Below, one piece after another: positions 12,323 through 28,205 of a stretch of 64,000 nt of DNA (position 1 is the first letter of the stretch; every line of letters begins with the position of its first letter). The notes beneath the pieces are model-generated. The model was not told where the DNA came from. It did not search any database and saw only the letters and a program-made list of their open reading frames with translations. Origin of the DNA: Chlorokybus atmophyticus (taxonomy: Eukaryota; Plantae; Mesostigma and Chlorokybus algae); assembly GCA_009103225.1 (NCBI GenBank), contig RHPI01002990.1, positions 182,738-246,737 on the forward strand, read 5' to 3'. The translations under genes and the position numbers were made by a program.

Positions 12323-13061
12323 CACTCATACCCACACAGCTGCGCGCGCAGGCACAGACGCTTGCACACAGTGTGGCACGCACGCACGCTTGCGCATATT
12401 TGCACGTGTGCAGACACACGTGCACGCACACGCACGCGCACACGCAAGTGTATATGCACGTACAAACTCACAGACACTCATACACGAGCACACCATCCCG
12501 CATATTCGCAAGCACGCACGTGTGCGCTCATAACGACACCCAATCCAACAAAGCATACACACATGCAGGTCCGACCTTGCTCCTCCTGCCCCTCCCTTAT
12601 CCGCCTACGCCCCTTCCGGTCCCTCCTCCGCGCCCTCCTCCACCTCTCTCAACCGCACCCGTCGCGTCCGCGAGCTCCGTCGCATCGAGGCCGACAACCG
12701 CTCCATGCTCGCGCGCATCCAGGCCAGCGAGGCCGTGTACTCCAACGCCAAGTGGGAGCAGGAGGCCAAGCAGGAGGCGAGGTATCTTGATAACTTACAA
12801 AGGGAGACGCGCCTGCGGTTCAAGAAGACATACAATAGTAGTAGTAAGAACAGAAGTGATCGCTTGCCCCCGATACACAATGGAGGCGTGTCGCATAGGA
12901 TGGCGGATAATGGTGAGGGTGATGAGGATGGAGGTTATGGTGATGATGGTGGTGAAGAGGGTGAACAGAACATGGCTGCTGTGCAGCTGGGTGGTGGGGA
13001 GAATGATGGTGCAGGGATGGATGCGGATGTGCCGGTGGCGAGGGTGCTTGATGAGCAATAG
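11950..13061 (+). CDS. CFAP97/KIAA1430-domain cilia-associated protein, 2 exons, about 261 aa
   Basis: HRDRLRAILPMIDTSAP...KQIDRENRMLLDKMARI and SLNRTRRVRELRRIEADNRSMLARIQASEAVYSNAKWEQE fit the KIAA1430/Hemingway domain pattern. Exons 11950-12242 and 12569-13061 join in frame through a GC-AG intron. Confidence 0.75.
12283..12318. repeat. (TG)18 microsatellite in intron
   Basis: Direct read. Confidence 0.95.
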
Positions 13062-13897
13062 TAGTGGGTGTTGGCTGGTGTAGGTTTCTGTTGCGTTGGT
13101 TTAGTGGGTATAATTGGCTTACTACGTCCAGTGGTTTGTAAGGAATTGATTGTTACTGGATTAGTGTACTCCTAGAGTATATCTGTATTGATTCAGTGCT
13201 AGTGCATATGACTTGGCAGTAGCAGAGCATAAGCACAAGCGAAGACATCATACCCTTCTTTGACAAGTGCAATTGCTAGGTGTCTTGACTACATATGCAA
13301 GGACTGGGTACATCTGTTTTGTTGTGGCCTTGTATGTTTGCTTGAATAACATCACACACTTCACTGACAAGTATGGTTGCTAGGAATATCAGGTGCACCT
13401 ATCTCATTGTTGCTTTGTGTGCTTGCGCACAAGGCAGCATGCCTTGTACAGTTGGCATAACAGTCCGACCGAGTTTTAGCGACATGTCTACTCCCTACAT
13501 GTTCCCGTCTGTTTCCGCAATGCAAGACGTGCTAACACAATGAAGTTGCATCACACGATGCCATCTCACGCCATGTGATGTGGTACCAATCATAACTTGC
13601 ATGGATTGCGTACCACTATGCTTGGCAAAACAGTTGCATACACCCTTTAGGCATGCCGGCATACACCTATTGATTGCGGGAGGGCATTGCATGTGCGCAA
13701 ACATTCCAGTCGCGCAGCAACATTTCAGTCACAATGTTGCAGTGTCTAGTACAGCGCCTTAATCAGCGTGCATCAGTGTTCACAGCCTCTTCGACTGTCA
13801 ACAGCCTAGGCACGCACTAATGCAACCTCCGACTACAAAACCATAATGTTATCATGTACATGCGTTTATACTACTGGTCAATGATCGCGCGCACAAC

Positions 13898-16800
13898 TCA
13901 GGCTGCCTGGACTTGCTCACCTACTTGACTGGCATTGTCTCTGCTGTTTTGCTTTGATGCGCCAGTGGCGTTGTTGGCAGCAGAAAACCCTATCATTTTG
14001 TTAAGAGCACTCACATACGCGCGGGCGCTAGCAACAACAATATCTGGTGATGCACCGCTTCCACTGCAACCAGAATACACCATCAGCCCATACTCATGCA
14101 CACTACGGACATACAAACAACCTGTCAGACTTGACAGATTCAACCATAAGCATACCTGAAAGACCGCTGCACAGCCACCCCAGTTTGTGCATGCGTTGAC
14201 ATTGTGGCAGCGTCATCAGCACTTCGGATCAACACACGTGTATGTGCCAGAGCATCCATGCCCTCCGTCACGGCGTTCATGCTGTACTCCAAGAGCTTCG
14301 TCTCAATCTAAAGGATAACAATGTTGGCAAAAGAATGCACCACCAGCATCATCAGAGCTTGATATGCGAACAGGTCTGGGCTTACATTGACAATGGCATC
14401 GATGGCTTTGTATGCTGCGTCAACAGGCCCCGTGCCAACCACAGAGTGCACGCGCTCCAAGCCATCTGGTCCCTGCAGCTTCACGGTGGCGGTGGGCAAG
14501 CCCATCGTTCCACATACAACCTGTGCAGAGAAAGGGATATGAGCACATGAGCGCATGACCGCATGCATGCTGTATTGATTACTGACTAGCTAAGCATACC
14601 TGCAAGTCGGCCAGATGCCACAGCTCTTGGGGCTGGAAGACCTGGTCCGATACCAGAGCCTCCAAATCATCGTCAGTGACAATCTGATACAGGCAGTGGA
14701 CACATTTATCAGTCACTGCATCCAAAAGCAGCGACTATTCCGCTTCTCTGCAACACTCACCTTCTTCTTCTCAGCCACCTCCTTAAAGCGCACAAACACG
14801 TCATCGACCTCCGCCTGCGTGAGGTCGTAACCCAGCTGTTGCAAGCGGTTTCTGAGCGCGTGGCGGCCGCTGTGCTTGCCCATCACCAAGCCGGCATCGT
14901 CGGTGCGCACCAAACCGATGTCGTCGGGGGACATGATCTCATAAGTCGACTTGTTCTTCAACATGCCATCCTGTTAGACACAGAAGAGTTGGTAATGTGA
15001 TATAAGGGAAACCTTAGCATCAACATGATGACATACACACGTTGTTGAATATACCTGATGGATGCCACTCTCGTGCGCAAAAGCGTTGGCACCAACAATA
15101 GCCTTATGCGGTTGACACAACATGCCAGTGTATTCTGTAACCTGCAAGCAAGCAGTACTTGTAATGTACTGTTATCATCCGTGCTTGGCAGTAAGTGAAA
15201 GGGCAGCATGCAGTACCATCCTCGACGCCAGCGCAATGTGCTTTGTAACTACTCCAGTGTACAACCCGTTGAACTGCGTTTCACCTCTGCACCTGAGAGC
15301 CATGACCACCTGCGGTCGCCAAACGAGGTTGATGCCATCCAACACACCATCACACACAACAAACATAAAACCTGCATGTGCATTCTTGCTCACCTCTTCC
15401 AAAGAGGCATTGCCTGCTCGCTCTCCAATGCCATTCACTGTGCACTCCAACTGCCTAGCACCAGAGGCTGCTCCCTGCAAGTTGACAGTGTGATAACAGA
15501 GACAAATCACATGCAACACTGCATGCATGCTACCAGCCAATCATACACAAGAGACTGTGACCGATCAAACAAACATACCGCCAGTGTGTTGGCGGTTGCG
15601 AGGCCCAGATCGTTTTGACAATGCGTCGAAATGACGACATTCTCAGCGCCTGGAGTGTTTGCTTTAATGCCAGCTATAAGTGCACCAAACTCGGAAGGCA
15701 TGGTGTAACCGACGGTGTCAGGAATGTTCAGTGTGGTAGCACCAGCTTTGATAACCTGCAGCGTGAATCACATGTTGTAGCATGTACCTTAGCATTTCTC
15801 AACAAGCTTGATATGGAATGCTCTAAGCAAAGGCCAACAAGAGATAGTGTCCTGTAGGACAAGCCAAAACTTCACCTCTCCCAAGATCCGGTACAAGAAA
15901 ATGGGGTCTGATCGGCCAGCATCCTCGGGGCTGAACTCAATGTCCTCACACCCCAGACTGCGAGCATACGCGACCATCGAGCGCGCTTTTTCAACCACTT
16001 GGTCAGGGGTCATGTTGAGCTTATGCTGCAAGACAGAGACAATGCTTGGCAGGTGATGAGAAGCTACTACTGAATAACTGCTATGCAAGTTGCTTTACAT
16101 CACGAGCAACTGCATGATATGGTGCACATAGATTGGCTATGCGGCTAATTGGTACCTGCATGTGAATCTCGGAGGTTGCAATAAACACGTGAATGCGAGG
16201 TCGCAGCGCATGCCGCACAGCCTCCCAAGAAGCATCAATGTCCTTCTTGTTGCAACGCGCCAACCCACAAATGACGGGCACATACCCATGCTCATCAACT
16301 TTATTACCTGATCCACACAGGATGAACGCCATTCATCAACGCACACCACATAAGAACTCACAACATGCAACAGCTTGATGACTTGTGTATGAATGTGCAG
16401 TATTGAGATGCACTTACCAACGTCCATAGCGATGGTGCGGACAGCTTCAAGATCATCGGGTGAGGCAATGGGGAAGCCTGCCTCAATGATGTCGACGCCG
16501 AGCTTGGCCAGCTGGCGTGCGATGGCGAGCTTCTCCTTTGATGTGAGGGTGGCGCCTGGGCTCTGCTCTCCGTCCCGCAGCGTGGTGTCAAATATGCGCA
16601 CGTAGTTGGGGTCGTCTATCCTGTTGGGGACGTACTTGGGCCTGCGGGCGCCAATGCCAGCGGAATCTGTGGCCATGACCACGACTTGCGCACCCCGCTG
16701 CTGCTGCTGCTGCTGCCGGCCAGCGACAAAGCGAGCCGCATGACGACCGCGTGGCAGCTCCACGGCACGCCATGACGACGACACGGCCTGCTGCTGCTGC

Positions 16801-16910
16801 CTCCCCAGCCCAGCATGCTGCCGCACCGCAGCTGGAGCAGCGTGCACGGCTGACGTGGAAGCCACCGCCGCCACAGCACGCACAGCTGACGCAGCCCCTA
16901 CGCCCTCCAT
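13898..16910 (-). CDS. IPMS/leuA: 2-isopropylmalate synthase, plastid, multi-exon
   Basis: Transit peptide, then [123 protein letters not shown] and [17 protein letters not shown]. Confidence 0.97.
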
Positions 16911-17329
16911 GGTCGAGTGTCCACACAGCCCCAGGCTGACACCGCGCACGCCGCCGACGACACCACCCACCCCGTCGCCGCCGCCCGCTATAACCTAATT
17001 ACAAACCGGTTCTGACGAACCGGTTGACTGCCAGAGTTGAATGACGTCACACTCGACCCGGTGTGGCGTTTGGCAGCGCCGTACATGACGCCCGCTTTGT
17101 CACGTGAGCAGCGGCGTACAAGACACGTTGCTTGTTATGGTGAGTGGGTGTTTGTGTTCGGGAGTATTTTTGGTGGCTATTTTGACCCCCTAGTGATGGA
17201 ACGTAACGCAGGCATGCTAGGCGGCGGCGGTGGCGGCGGAGCCGCTGCGTGCTGACACGTGGATCAAGGGCAGAGCGGTTGCTGATACCCCCAGGAGGAG
17301 CGGTGGCGGCTGCAAACGCGCCAGCCAAG

Positions 17330-17635
17330 ATGTTCAAGAAGGGCGTGCAGGCGCTGAAGCGCAAGGCGCAGGGCAAGAAGCCCACGCCTTATGTCTTCGA
17401 GTTCCAGCTCTACGTATCCAAGGTGAATGGTTGAACTCTGCTGATGCAAATCCGAGGATATCTCTGTGTCATAGTCACAGAGTGCAACATCAGCTGCATC
17501 ACACACGAGCAGATCTAAGCTCACACTGTGGGATGCAACCCACGCGAAAACGCACATATCAACAAGCACGCACTCACAGACACACGCGCGCGCGTGTGTG
17601 TAATCGACTGCTAGATTGTGTGCGTGGTCTCTCTC

Positions 17636-17679
<44 letters not shown>

Positions 17680-20600
17680 GTTTGCACACTCACGCACACA
17701 CCTGTATACCTTACAAATCTCACCTACCAGTTGTATACTTCGCAATTTTTACCTGCCAATCCTCCCCATCTAACCCCTCCCCTCCCCTCTGCCCAGGTCC
17801 CTTCCGACCCCTCTTTCTCCTCCGCCCGCGTGACCGCTTCCCGTCCCGGTTCCAACCACTCCTCCCTTTCCTTCTCTTCCCGTGACGCCTTAATCAAGCC
17901 CAATGGCACCGCTACTTTCTCCGAGCCCCTCACCGCTCGCTTCACGCTGTACGGTGATGGGAATGGGAGTAAGGAGAGGAAGAGGTGGGACCAGAAACTT
18001 GTGCATCTACATGTGCATGCCGGAGTGGGCAAGGAGACGAGCAGGGTCATGGGGTTTGTGATTGTCAATGTCGCGGACTTTGCCAATGCGGAGAAGGGGA
18101 ATGCGGTGGAGAGGGCGATGCCGCTGCTGGCGTGCAAACATGGCACCAAGCTACATGTGAGTGTGGTGGTGTGATTTGATGTCGTTGTTATTGTTGTGGG
18201 GTGGTACATGTCGTTGATGTTGCTGGGTGATGTGTTGGCAGTTCCTTGTGACTGCGCATCCTGCTGCAGAGACTGGAGGGTAAGTGATGTTATCTATTGC
18301 ATCACATGATGCACGACATTGCCTTGTTGATGACGGCCTTGTCAAATGGCTTGTTGCATAGTGTTGTACCATCCATCTGATTCTTTCATTCTCTCTCAGC
18401 GAGCACGCCAACAGCGTTGAGTCAGAGGAGATCATGCTGGACGATGACGAAGAAGAAGACAACAACAAATCCCACAACAGAAACAACAACGACACCGCCC
18501 GCAGCACCCGCAAGCCCAAGAAGGTACCACACACACGCACACGCACACACTCTTGCACACCCACTCCCACACGCCCACCCACCCACATTACACACAGGCT
18601 CGCAGCAACGGCAGTGGCATGACAGCCCTCTCACCCGTGAGTCAAAAATCCGCTCCCGGCGACGAGTCCCCACCCGAATCCCCACTCACCAAGAAGAACT
18701 CTTTCACCGAGCGTGCTGCTTCATTCACCACCTCCGCCTCCTCCTCATCCTTCACCCACAAGCAGAAGACCATGAACACCAACAACAACACCAACAACAC
18801 TGCCCCACTCTCGTCCAAAGAGAGCTTCACCGTCACGCGCAACGCTGTGTTTGTGGAAGACTCGGATGGGGAAGATGAGATCACGCCCATGCCTTTGGGT
18901 AGAGTGAGTGATGAGAGTCATGTTGGTGTGGATGGTGTGGATGACAAGAAGAGAGAGGAGCTGTTTCAGAGAGAAAAAATTTTTGCTGAGGGAGGGGGGT
19001 CAGAGCTAGCATCAACATCAGCAGGAGGAGCAACTTCATCTTCAGTAGCATCGTCATCAGCGTCGAGTGAGCAAGTCAAGGCACTTGAGCAGAAGGTCAA
19101 AGAGCAGGAGAGTGTCATTGATAAGCTCAAGGAGGAGATGAAGGCCAAGCGCACAGCACACCCAGAAAGTGAGTACAAGTGTCGTGCATATTGTTGTGGC
19201 AATGTTGTTTGAAAGCGGGTACTGACGGTGTGTGGTTGTTGAAATGTTAGCTGCGGAGGTCCTTGAAGACAAGGCGCTGCTAGAGAGGGAGTACGCGCAG
19301 CTGGCGGCCGAGAACAACGACCTCCAGCGCCAGCTGGAAAGATACCAGGCACGCGTGCGTGTGCGTGTGGATGCGTCCATCACGTAGTACATATAGCACA
19401 CCAAGTGCACTTGTACACCCTACATGATTGTGCGAAATTAAGTTGCTTCGTGTGTGCAGCGTGGTGAGAAGATGACTCCCACGCCGCCTCCAGTCTTGCA
19501 TCACCAGCAGGCTCAGCAGGCATTGAACGAGAAGGAGGCTCTCGAGGACAAGGTGGCGGAGCTGGAGGGCAGGCAGACCGAGCTGCTGGAGGAAGTCGCC
19601 CGACTCAAACACGTAAGGGGACATGCGCACGTGTACACGCATGCAGCAGTGGAGCAGATGCGTGATGGAGGTGTGTCTTTGAGCAGGACTGTGATTGGCT
19701 TACGGAGAAGCGCGAGGAGATTCAGAGGCAGCTGGCGGAGAAAGAGGAGGTGGAAGAGCGATTGGCTCAAACACAACGTGACCTCCACATGCTTGAGTCA
19801 GGCGAGTCACAAGCACACACACGCACTCACAGTCAAACACACACAGCAAATCGTGGTCATAACGCTGGACATCTCATCTGGCTGCTGACTTGTGTCCTGT
19901 CACTGATGTGTGACTCCTCTCCTGCCAGGCGAGCTTGACCTCGACTCCCACCTCCACTCCCGCCTCTCCCTCCTCGAGTCCGAGAACGCCAAGCTCAAGT
20001 CTCGCGTGTCCGAGTACGCCTCCAAGGACGCCGCCACCACCGGGGGCTTCAAGTCCCGCCGATCGTCCTTCCTTGGCAACGTGACCATGGGGTCGCAGAT
20101 GGAAGGGGCAGGAGGGGATGAGGCTGGGAAGACCATTGCGCAGTTGAGGGAGGAGTTGAGGAAGGTGACGGTGCAACGAGATGCCGCATTGCAACAAGTG
20201 AGAGACTGTGTGATGGCTAGTATCTGAGTATCGGATCTGCGTGTGCATGTGCGTGGGCTTGTGAATGCTCGTATAAACACGTGTGCGAGCGTGTCAGTAT
20301 GTGTACGTGTAAACTACTACTAACACTAGCTCCTCTCTGTGGCAGATCAACCAGGACAACATGACCGTAAAGGCTCGTGTCGCCTTGATCGACAGCGGTT
20401 TAGCCGGCGATCATCAGCGCACCATCTCCTCCAACAGCCACCGCGCAGCTAGCCGCAACTCCGCCCTTCCTTCCCCCTCCATTCTCCCCCCCTCCGACAT
20501 TAACACCATGGACGAGGAGCTCGCGCGTGCCAGGGAGGAGGCGGATGACCTCCGCAAGCAGGTGGCCGCCATGCAGCATGTGGCGGTCGAGGAGGATGCC

Positions 20601-23600
20601 AAATATAAGGAGCTGGAGGCTGTGGTGGAGATGCTGCAGACGAGGAATGCCAAGCTGGAGGAAGAGGCGGTACACCTCATGCTGGAGAATGGACGACTCA
20701 ACGCTATGCCCATACGAGAAGGCAATGCTGATGTTATTGCCATCAACAACAACAATAACAAGAGCAGCATCAGCCACAATGGCAACGGCGTTGAGGTGGA
20801 CTCCTCGGGCTACAGCTCAGACGAGGACACCAACCACCACCACAACCACCACAACCATGACAATGACGATGACAAGTACAATGCTTTCCACAGCGAGTCC
20901 GCGGGCTCACTCTCTTCCACAATGACTGCATCAACCATCTCTCTGTCCGCATCCGCATCGGCATCGACAACATCCACGCCAACGAAGCGCGGGTTGAAGG
21001 TCAACCCCAAGGAGCGCCCCGCATGGGTGGGTCTGCAGAAGACACGCGTGGCACGACAGAACAGCGGGAAGAACAGCAAGCAGAGCTCACCACGCAAAAA
21101 TGGAGGCGAAGGAGGAGAAGGAGGAGAGTCCAACACTCCCAATAGGACTCCACGCAGCGTGCGTGTGAACAGAGCTTTCGGTAGTAAGAAGGCGGCTACT
21201 ACGACTACTACTACTACCACTGCTGAAGTGATGCAGTTGGAGGAGCAGATAGCTGCGCTGCGTGTGGAGAAGGAGAGGCTTGAGGAGGAGGTGGCGGGGC
21301 TGCAGGAGGTGCGAACCATGCGAACGGAGTCGATACGGGTGCGCCAGGAAGAAGAGGCGGCACTGCAGGAGCAACAGAGCCAGACACTGAGCGCACTTGA
21401 AGCCCAGATCTTCACCCTGCAAGTGAGTAATAGGTTATCACACGCACGCACATGCACACACACACTTACATGCGCGTGTTGGTGTACGCACCCACGCCCA
21501 CGCCCACGCACACACACGCACACAAACCCACCCACCCACCCACTCCTTCAATCCACCCACCCTTTGCTGTTCCCCCCTCCCCAGTCTGAGCTCGCCACGA
21601 TGCGTCTTGAGGCCGCCCAGGTCGTGGAGGACGCGTCCGCGCTGCGCGGCGCCAACGCCTTCCTGGAGGAGAGGCTGGCGGCGGCCGAGCGACGGTGTGA
21701 GGAGATGGAGGTGGAGAGACTCGAGGCGGAGAACGAACGGGTCGCGGCCAACATGATGCAGAGGAATAGTAGCAAGGTGGGTTGGAGTGTTGTGTCGAGT
21801 GCGTGTGCGTGTGCGTGTGCGTGTGCGTGTGTATCTGTATCTGTATCTCTATCTGCGTAAATGTGTGTGTATGTGTGATTGTATTGGAATGTGTCATGTG
21901 AAAGTGTATGTGTGATTGTGTCTAGTTGTAGACGAAGTGAGGGTAGAAGGTGGGGAGGGAGGGGGTCTTGGTGAGAGAGTGCCGTGTGTTTACCCCCTCC
22001 CTCCCCCGGACAGGCTGTTGAGGATCAACTGGAGGTCACCCGCAAGGCCCTCGTCGACAGCGAAGCCAGACTCACTGAACTCCAGCAGTCCCTACCAGTC
22101 CCACCAGAGCCCCAATCTGCCGACAGGTCCTGGAACCAACCGGCAGACGAGGAGCGGGAACGGGAGTTGAGTGATAGAGAGCGTGCGCTCGCAGAGAAGC
22201 AACAACTGTTGTTGGATTCAGAAGAGTTCCTTACAGCCAAAGAGACTGCTTTGGACCAGAGAGAGCTCAAAGTGAAAGAGTTTGAAAGCTTACTTTCTGT
22301 GAGGGAGGCTCACCTGGCCGAACGTGCAAGGGATGCGGCCTCCAACACGGACGCCCTCGCCGCCGAGCTCGAGGACCTTCGTGCGAAGCTTGCCAACGTC
22401 GAGAGCATCCTCGCTCGTCTACGTGACGACTACGCCGATGTTGAGGCCCAGCGCGACGCCCTCGTCCTGGACAACGAGCAGGCCCTCGCTGAGAAGTTTC
22501 GCCTGGAGTCGGACCTGGAAAAGGTCAAGGACCAGGTCGCGGAGAAGGACTCACAGATTGAGGACATGAAGCTGGGCGTGGCGCAGAGCAGGAAGTCCCA
22601 CACTGAGCTTGAGGTCCTGAAGACGGAGTTGGCGTTGGCAAAGGATGAGAATAGCCGGCTGAGGGATGCGCAGACTAGTCAGCAGGAGCACCTGGCGGAT
22701 GCAAAGACGAAGCTTATGGAGCTGAGGGATGAGATTGATGCTCTTGCTGAGGAGAATGCGCGCTTGCGTGACGCGCAATTGGAAGAGGTTGCTGCTGCTA
22801 TGCTTGAGAACGCCCAGCTGAAGGATGCGCATGCACAGTCCCAAATAGAGTCCGAATCCCTGCAAGAAAGCCTTGCTCGGTCTCAGATTGAGCATCAGAC
22901 TGCCCTGGAGCGAGTTCGGGACTTGGAACTGGCGCAGGAACAGAGTCAGCTCAAGCAGCTCAAGCAGAGTGAACAGTCCCAAGTGGAGTTCGAGACTCTG
23001 CAAGAGAGCTTCGCCCAGTCCCAGATGGAGCTTCAGGCTGCCCTGACCCGTGTCCGGGACCTGGAACAGCAGGTTCAGGACTTGGAAGGGCCCAATGCGC
23101 AGCTGCAAGAGAGCCTTAGCCAGTCCCAGATGGAGCTCCAGGCTTCTCTGGACCAGGTTAAGGATCTGGAGGAGGTCAATGAGCAGCTGCAGATGCAAGC
23201 GCAAGAGCGGTCCCGCATGGAGTTGGAATCGGAGACCCTCCTGAGCCAGGTCCAGGACCTGCAGGACGCCAACGCATTGCTTAGCGCCCAGCTGGCAGGC
23301 TTCCAAACCCTGCAGCAGGCTCAAGCTCAGTCCCAGACGGAGCTCAAAACCCAGACAAACCGCATCCGGGACCTGGAGCAGGCCAACGCTCACCTCGCAG
23401 CCGAGCTGGAAGCCGCCAAGTCCCAAACGCAGGACCAAACACTGTCCCAAACAGAGCTCGCAGCCGCACAGAACCGGGTCCGGGACCTCCAGGAAGCCAA
23501 CACAACACTCGCATCCCAACTTGAAGCCTTCAAAGCAGTCTCACGCAGCGTCGCGGACGTTTTCAACTCAGCGGGTCCGTCGAGATCAACCAGCCGGCCG

Positions 23601-25336
23601 ATATCACTCCTGGATGATGACGATTTCGGCTTCCTCGGCCCTCCTGATGGCACAGACTTTAGTAACACCAACAACACCAACAACAACAAGGGCTCCAGTC
23701 CTGACGAGCTTGCCTCAGCCATAGATAAGCTCCACTCCAAGCTTGAGTCACTCCCTGCGTTGGAATCAGAGCTCGCGTGGACACGCGGCGAACTGCTTGA
23801 GAAAGACACACTGTTAGCTGAGGTTGATAGATACAACACAAAGGGGAAGGGGGAAAGAGAGGGAGAGATACATAGTGTCTATGCGTGTGCGTGTGTGTGT
23901 ATACCACCATGTGCATGTTGGTCTAATGCTTTTACCTTACTCGCAGGCGCAGAGTGCTTCCAACACGACACAACAAGAGGTTGCCAAGTTGAGAAGCTCC
24001 AACGCAAGGATGGAGCAGCAACTTCAGGAGTTATTACTCTCCCAGTCACAACAACAATCCCATGCACATGCGGCTGCCGAGCTCGAAGACGAGCTCGAGA
24101 GCGTGAGAAGGGAGGCGCAGGAGCAAAGAGAGGCCGCCGAGCACGAGAAGGATGAGAAGGATATTCTCAACAACCAGCTGCGTGCCGCCGAGGAGGAGCT
24201 CGCCAACCTCCGTGCGCAGGAGAAGGCACGCGCCCTTGCCGGATTGAACGAACCACACGCTCATGTGATGACACACGTCATTGCCGCACCCGCCATCATC
24301 GACTTCAACGAGGATGAGGTAGGAATGGTGTTGGGAGTGCTGTGTTATACGTGAATTATGAGAGTGGGTACTGACTCTGTGTTTGTCAAGCAGAGCCACC
24401 TTGCGCGTGGCAAGTCCAACATAGCTGAGCACGACTGGGAGGACTTGCAGGAGCGTGTGGGTGACTTGGAGCGTCAGCTCGAGGCCGAGCGCGCCCACGC
24501 CAAGCGTGCGGAGCAGGAGGCGGAGGAGCTGGAGGACGAGGCCGAGCGCCTGCGCGGGGAGAACCAACAGCTTGCTCTTATGGCAGGAAGCAGCAAACCC
24601 GCAAATAACAACAAAAATCTCATTGAAGAGAGAGAGGCGGAGGTCCGAGCCCTGCAGGGACAACTTGTGAGCATCAAACAACAACAACAAGCCAAGTCAC
24701 AAGAACTGGAGGTAAGAGAGATACAAGCACAGCAATAACAATGACAACATTGGCAATAACAACTTGTTGTGCAGGTGTTGTTGGCTGACTTCCAGGAGTT
24801 AGAGAGGACTTGCGAGGACTTGAGGCGTGAGAACGACGAGTTGAGTGTGGTTCAGGAGGACGCGAGGAGGCAGCAAGACCAACAACAACAGGAACAACAA
24901 CAACCACCACCACAGCTGCCGCGGCAGGCTTCGGGGCTCACTCCAGAGATTGAAGCCGAGCTTGCAAGCCTGCGCGATCGCTATGCCGAGATGAGCCTCA
25001 GATACGCCGAATGTGAGGCAGAGAAGGAAGAACTAGCCATGAAACTGCAGAAGAGCAAGAAACTGCTCAATGAAAAGCTGGTGAGTTGGGTGGGTATGTT
25101 GTTGTTGTTGTGTCGGGTGAGTCGAGTGCCAACATGTTTGTCATTGCCAGGCGGCGGAGAAGGCCAGGGAGGAGGAGTTGGCGGCGCGGCCGAAGACGAA
25201 GGAGGAGGAAAAACGCGAGAAGGAGCGCAAGGAGAAAGAGCGCAAGGAGAAGGAGAAGGAGGACAAGATCAAGGCCAAGATGGCGCAGAAACAGGCCAGC
25301 GGCTCGAGTAAACAGTCAATGGTCAAGGGTTTGTGA
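17330..25336 (+). CDS. NT-C2 (EEIG1/EHBP1 N-terminal C2) domain protein with very long coiled coil (plant myosin-heavy-chain-related NT-C2 type)
   Basis: N-terminus MFKKGVQALKRKAQGKKPTPYVFEFQLYVSK|VP...ATFSEPLTARFTLY...VMGFVIVNVADFA, then extensive E/L/Q/A heptads. Near the C-terminus is IEAELASLRDRYAEMSLRYAECEAEKEELAMKL. The last exon from 25151 ends SKQSMVKGL* at 25336. Confidence 0.85.
17639..17676. repeat. (GT)19 microsatellite in intron
   Basis: Direct read. Confidence 0.95.
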
Positions 25337-25954
25337 CGCCAGGTGAGTAGGACTTACGCTGAACTCATCTCTCGTGTTGTTATACATGCATGAGACTATA
25401 GAGGTGTATTGGTATGATTGCTTCTGTCATGTGACACTCGCTTCGTTGTTTCTCCTTTGTTAAGTTTGAAACAGGAACTCACATCATGCTGCGTGAAGGC
25501 GTAAGGGGCATCTCACACAGGACCCTTTGTCACAGGTCCAGGGCGAGAAGCGTATATACCTGGTGCAAGATGAGGATGTCTGGGACGCCAGCTGAACCAA
25601 ACAACTCACAATCTTCACGACAAACACCTGTCATCTGCGCGCATCAGCTTCCGCCCTGGGAAGGCTATGAAATAATCAATGTGTAACAGTGCGACTGCAA
25701 GCCACACTCGCATATTTTGTTTGTACAAGTTGGATTAGGTCAGGACTCATTCGTTCCTGACTGAAGACTGTAAGCTAGCCATTGAATTCGTATTGATAGG
25801 TCCATTTGTTTTCCTGCCATGGTGGTGATCTGATAGAGTGACATGGCTTCAGTTCCATGAATTTGCCAACCAATATGCAACAATTAATTACACAAACTCA
25901 TATGTCAACGCTAATGTATCTACTCAATGTAAGAAGTTCAGCTGTAGTTCAGAC

Positions 25955-28205
<2,251 letters not shown>

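Noticed and set aside
22551-23519. 322-aa antisense ORF inside the NT-C2 giant exon
   Set aside because: This is a typical shadow ORF of Glu/Gln/Leu-rich coiled-coil codons in GC-rich DNA, with no recognisable motifs.
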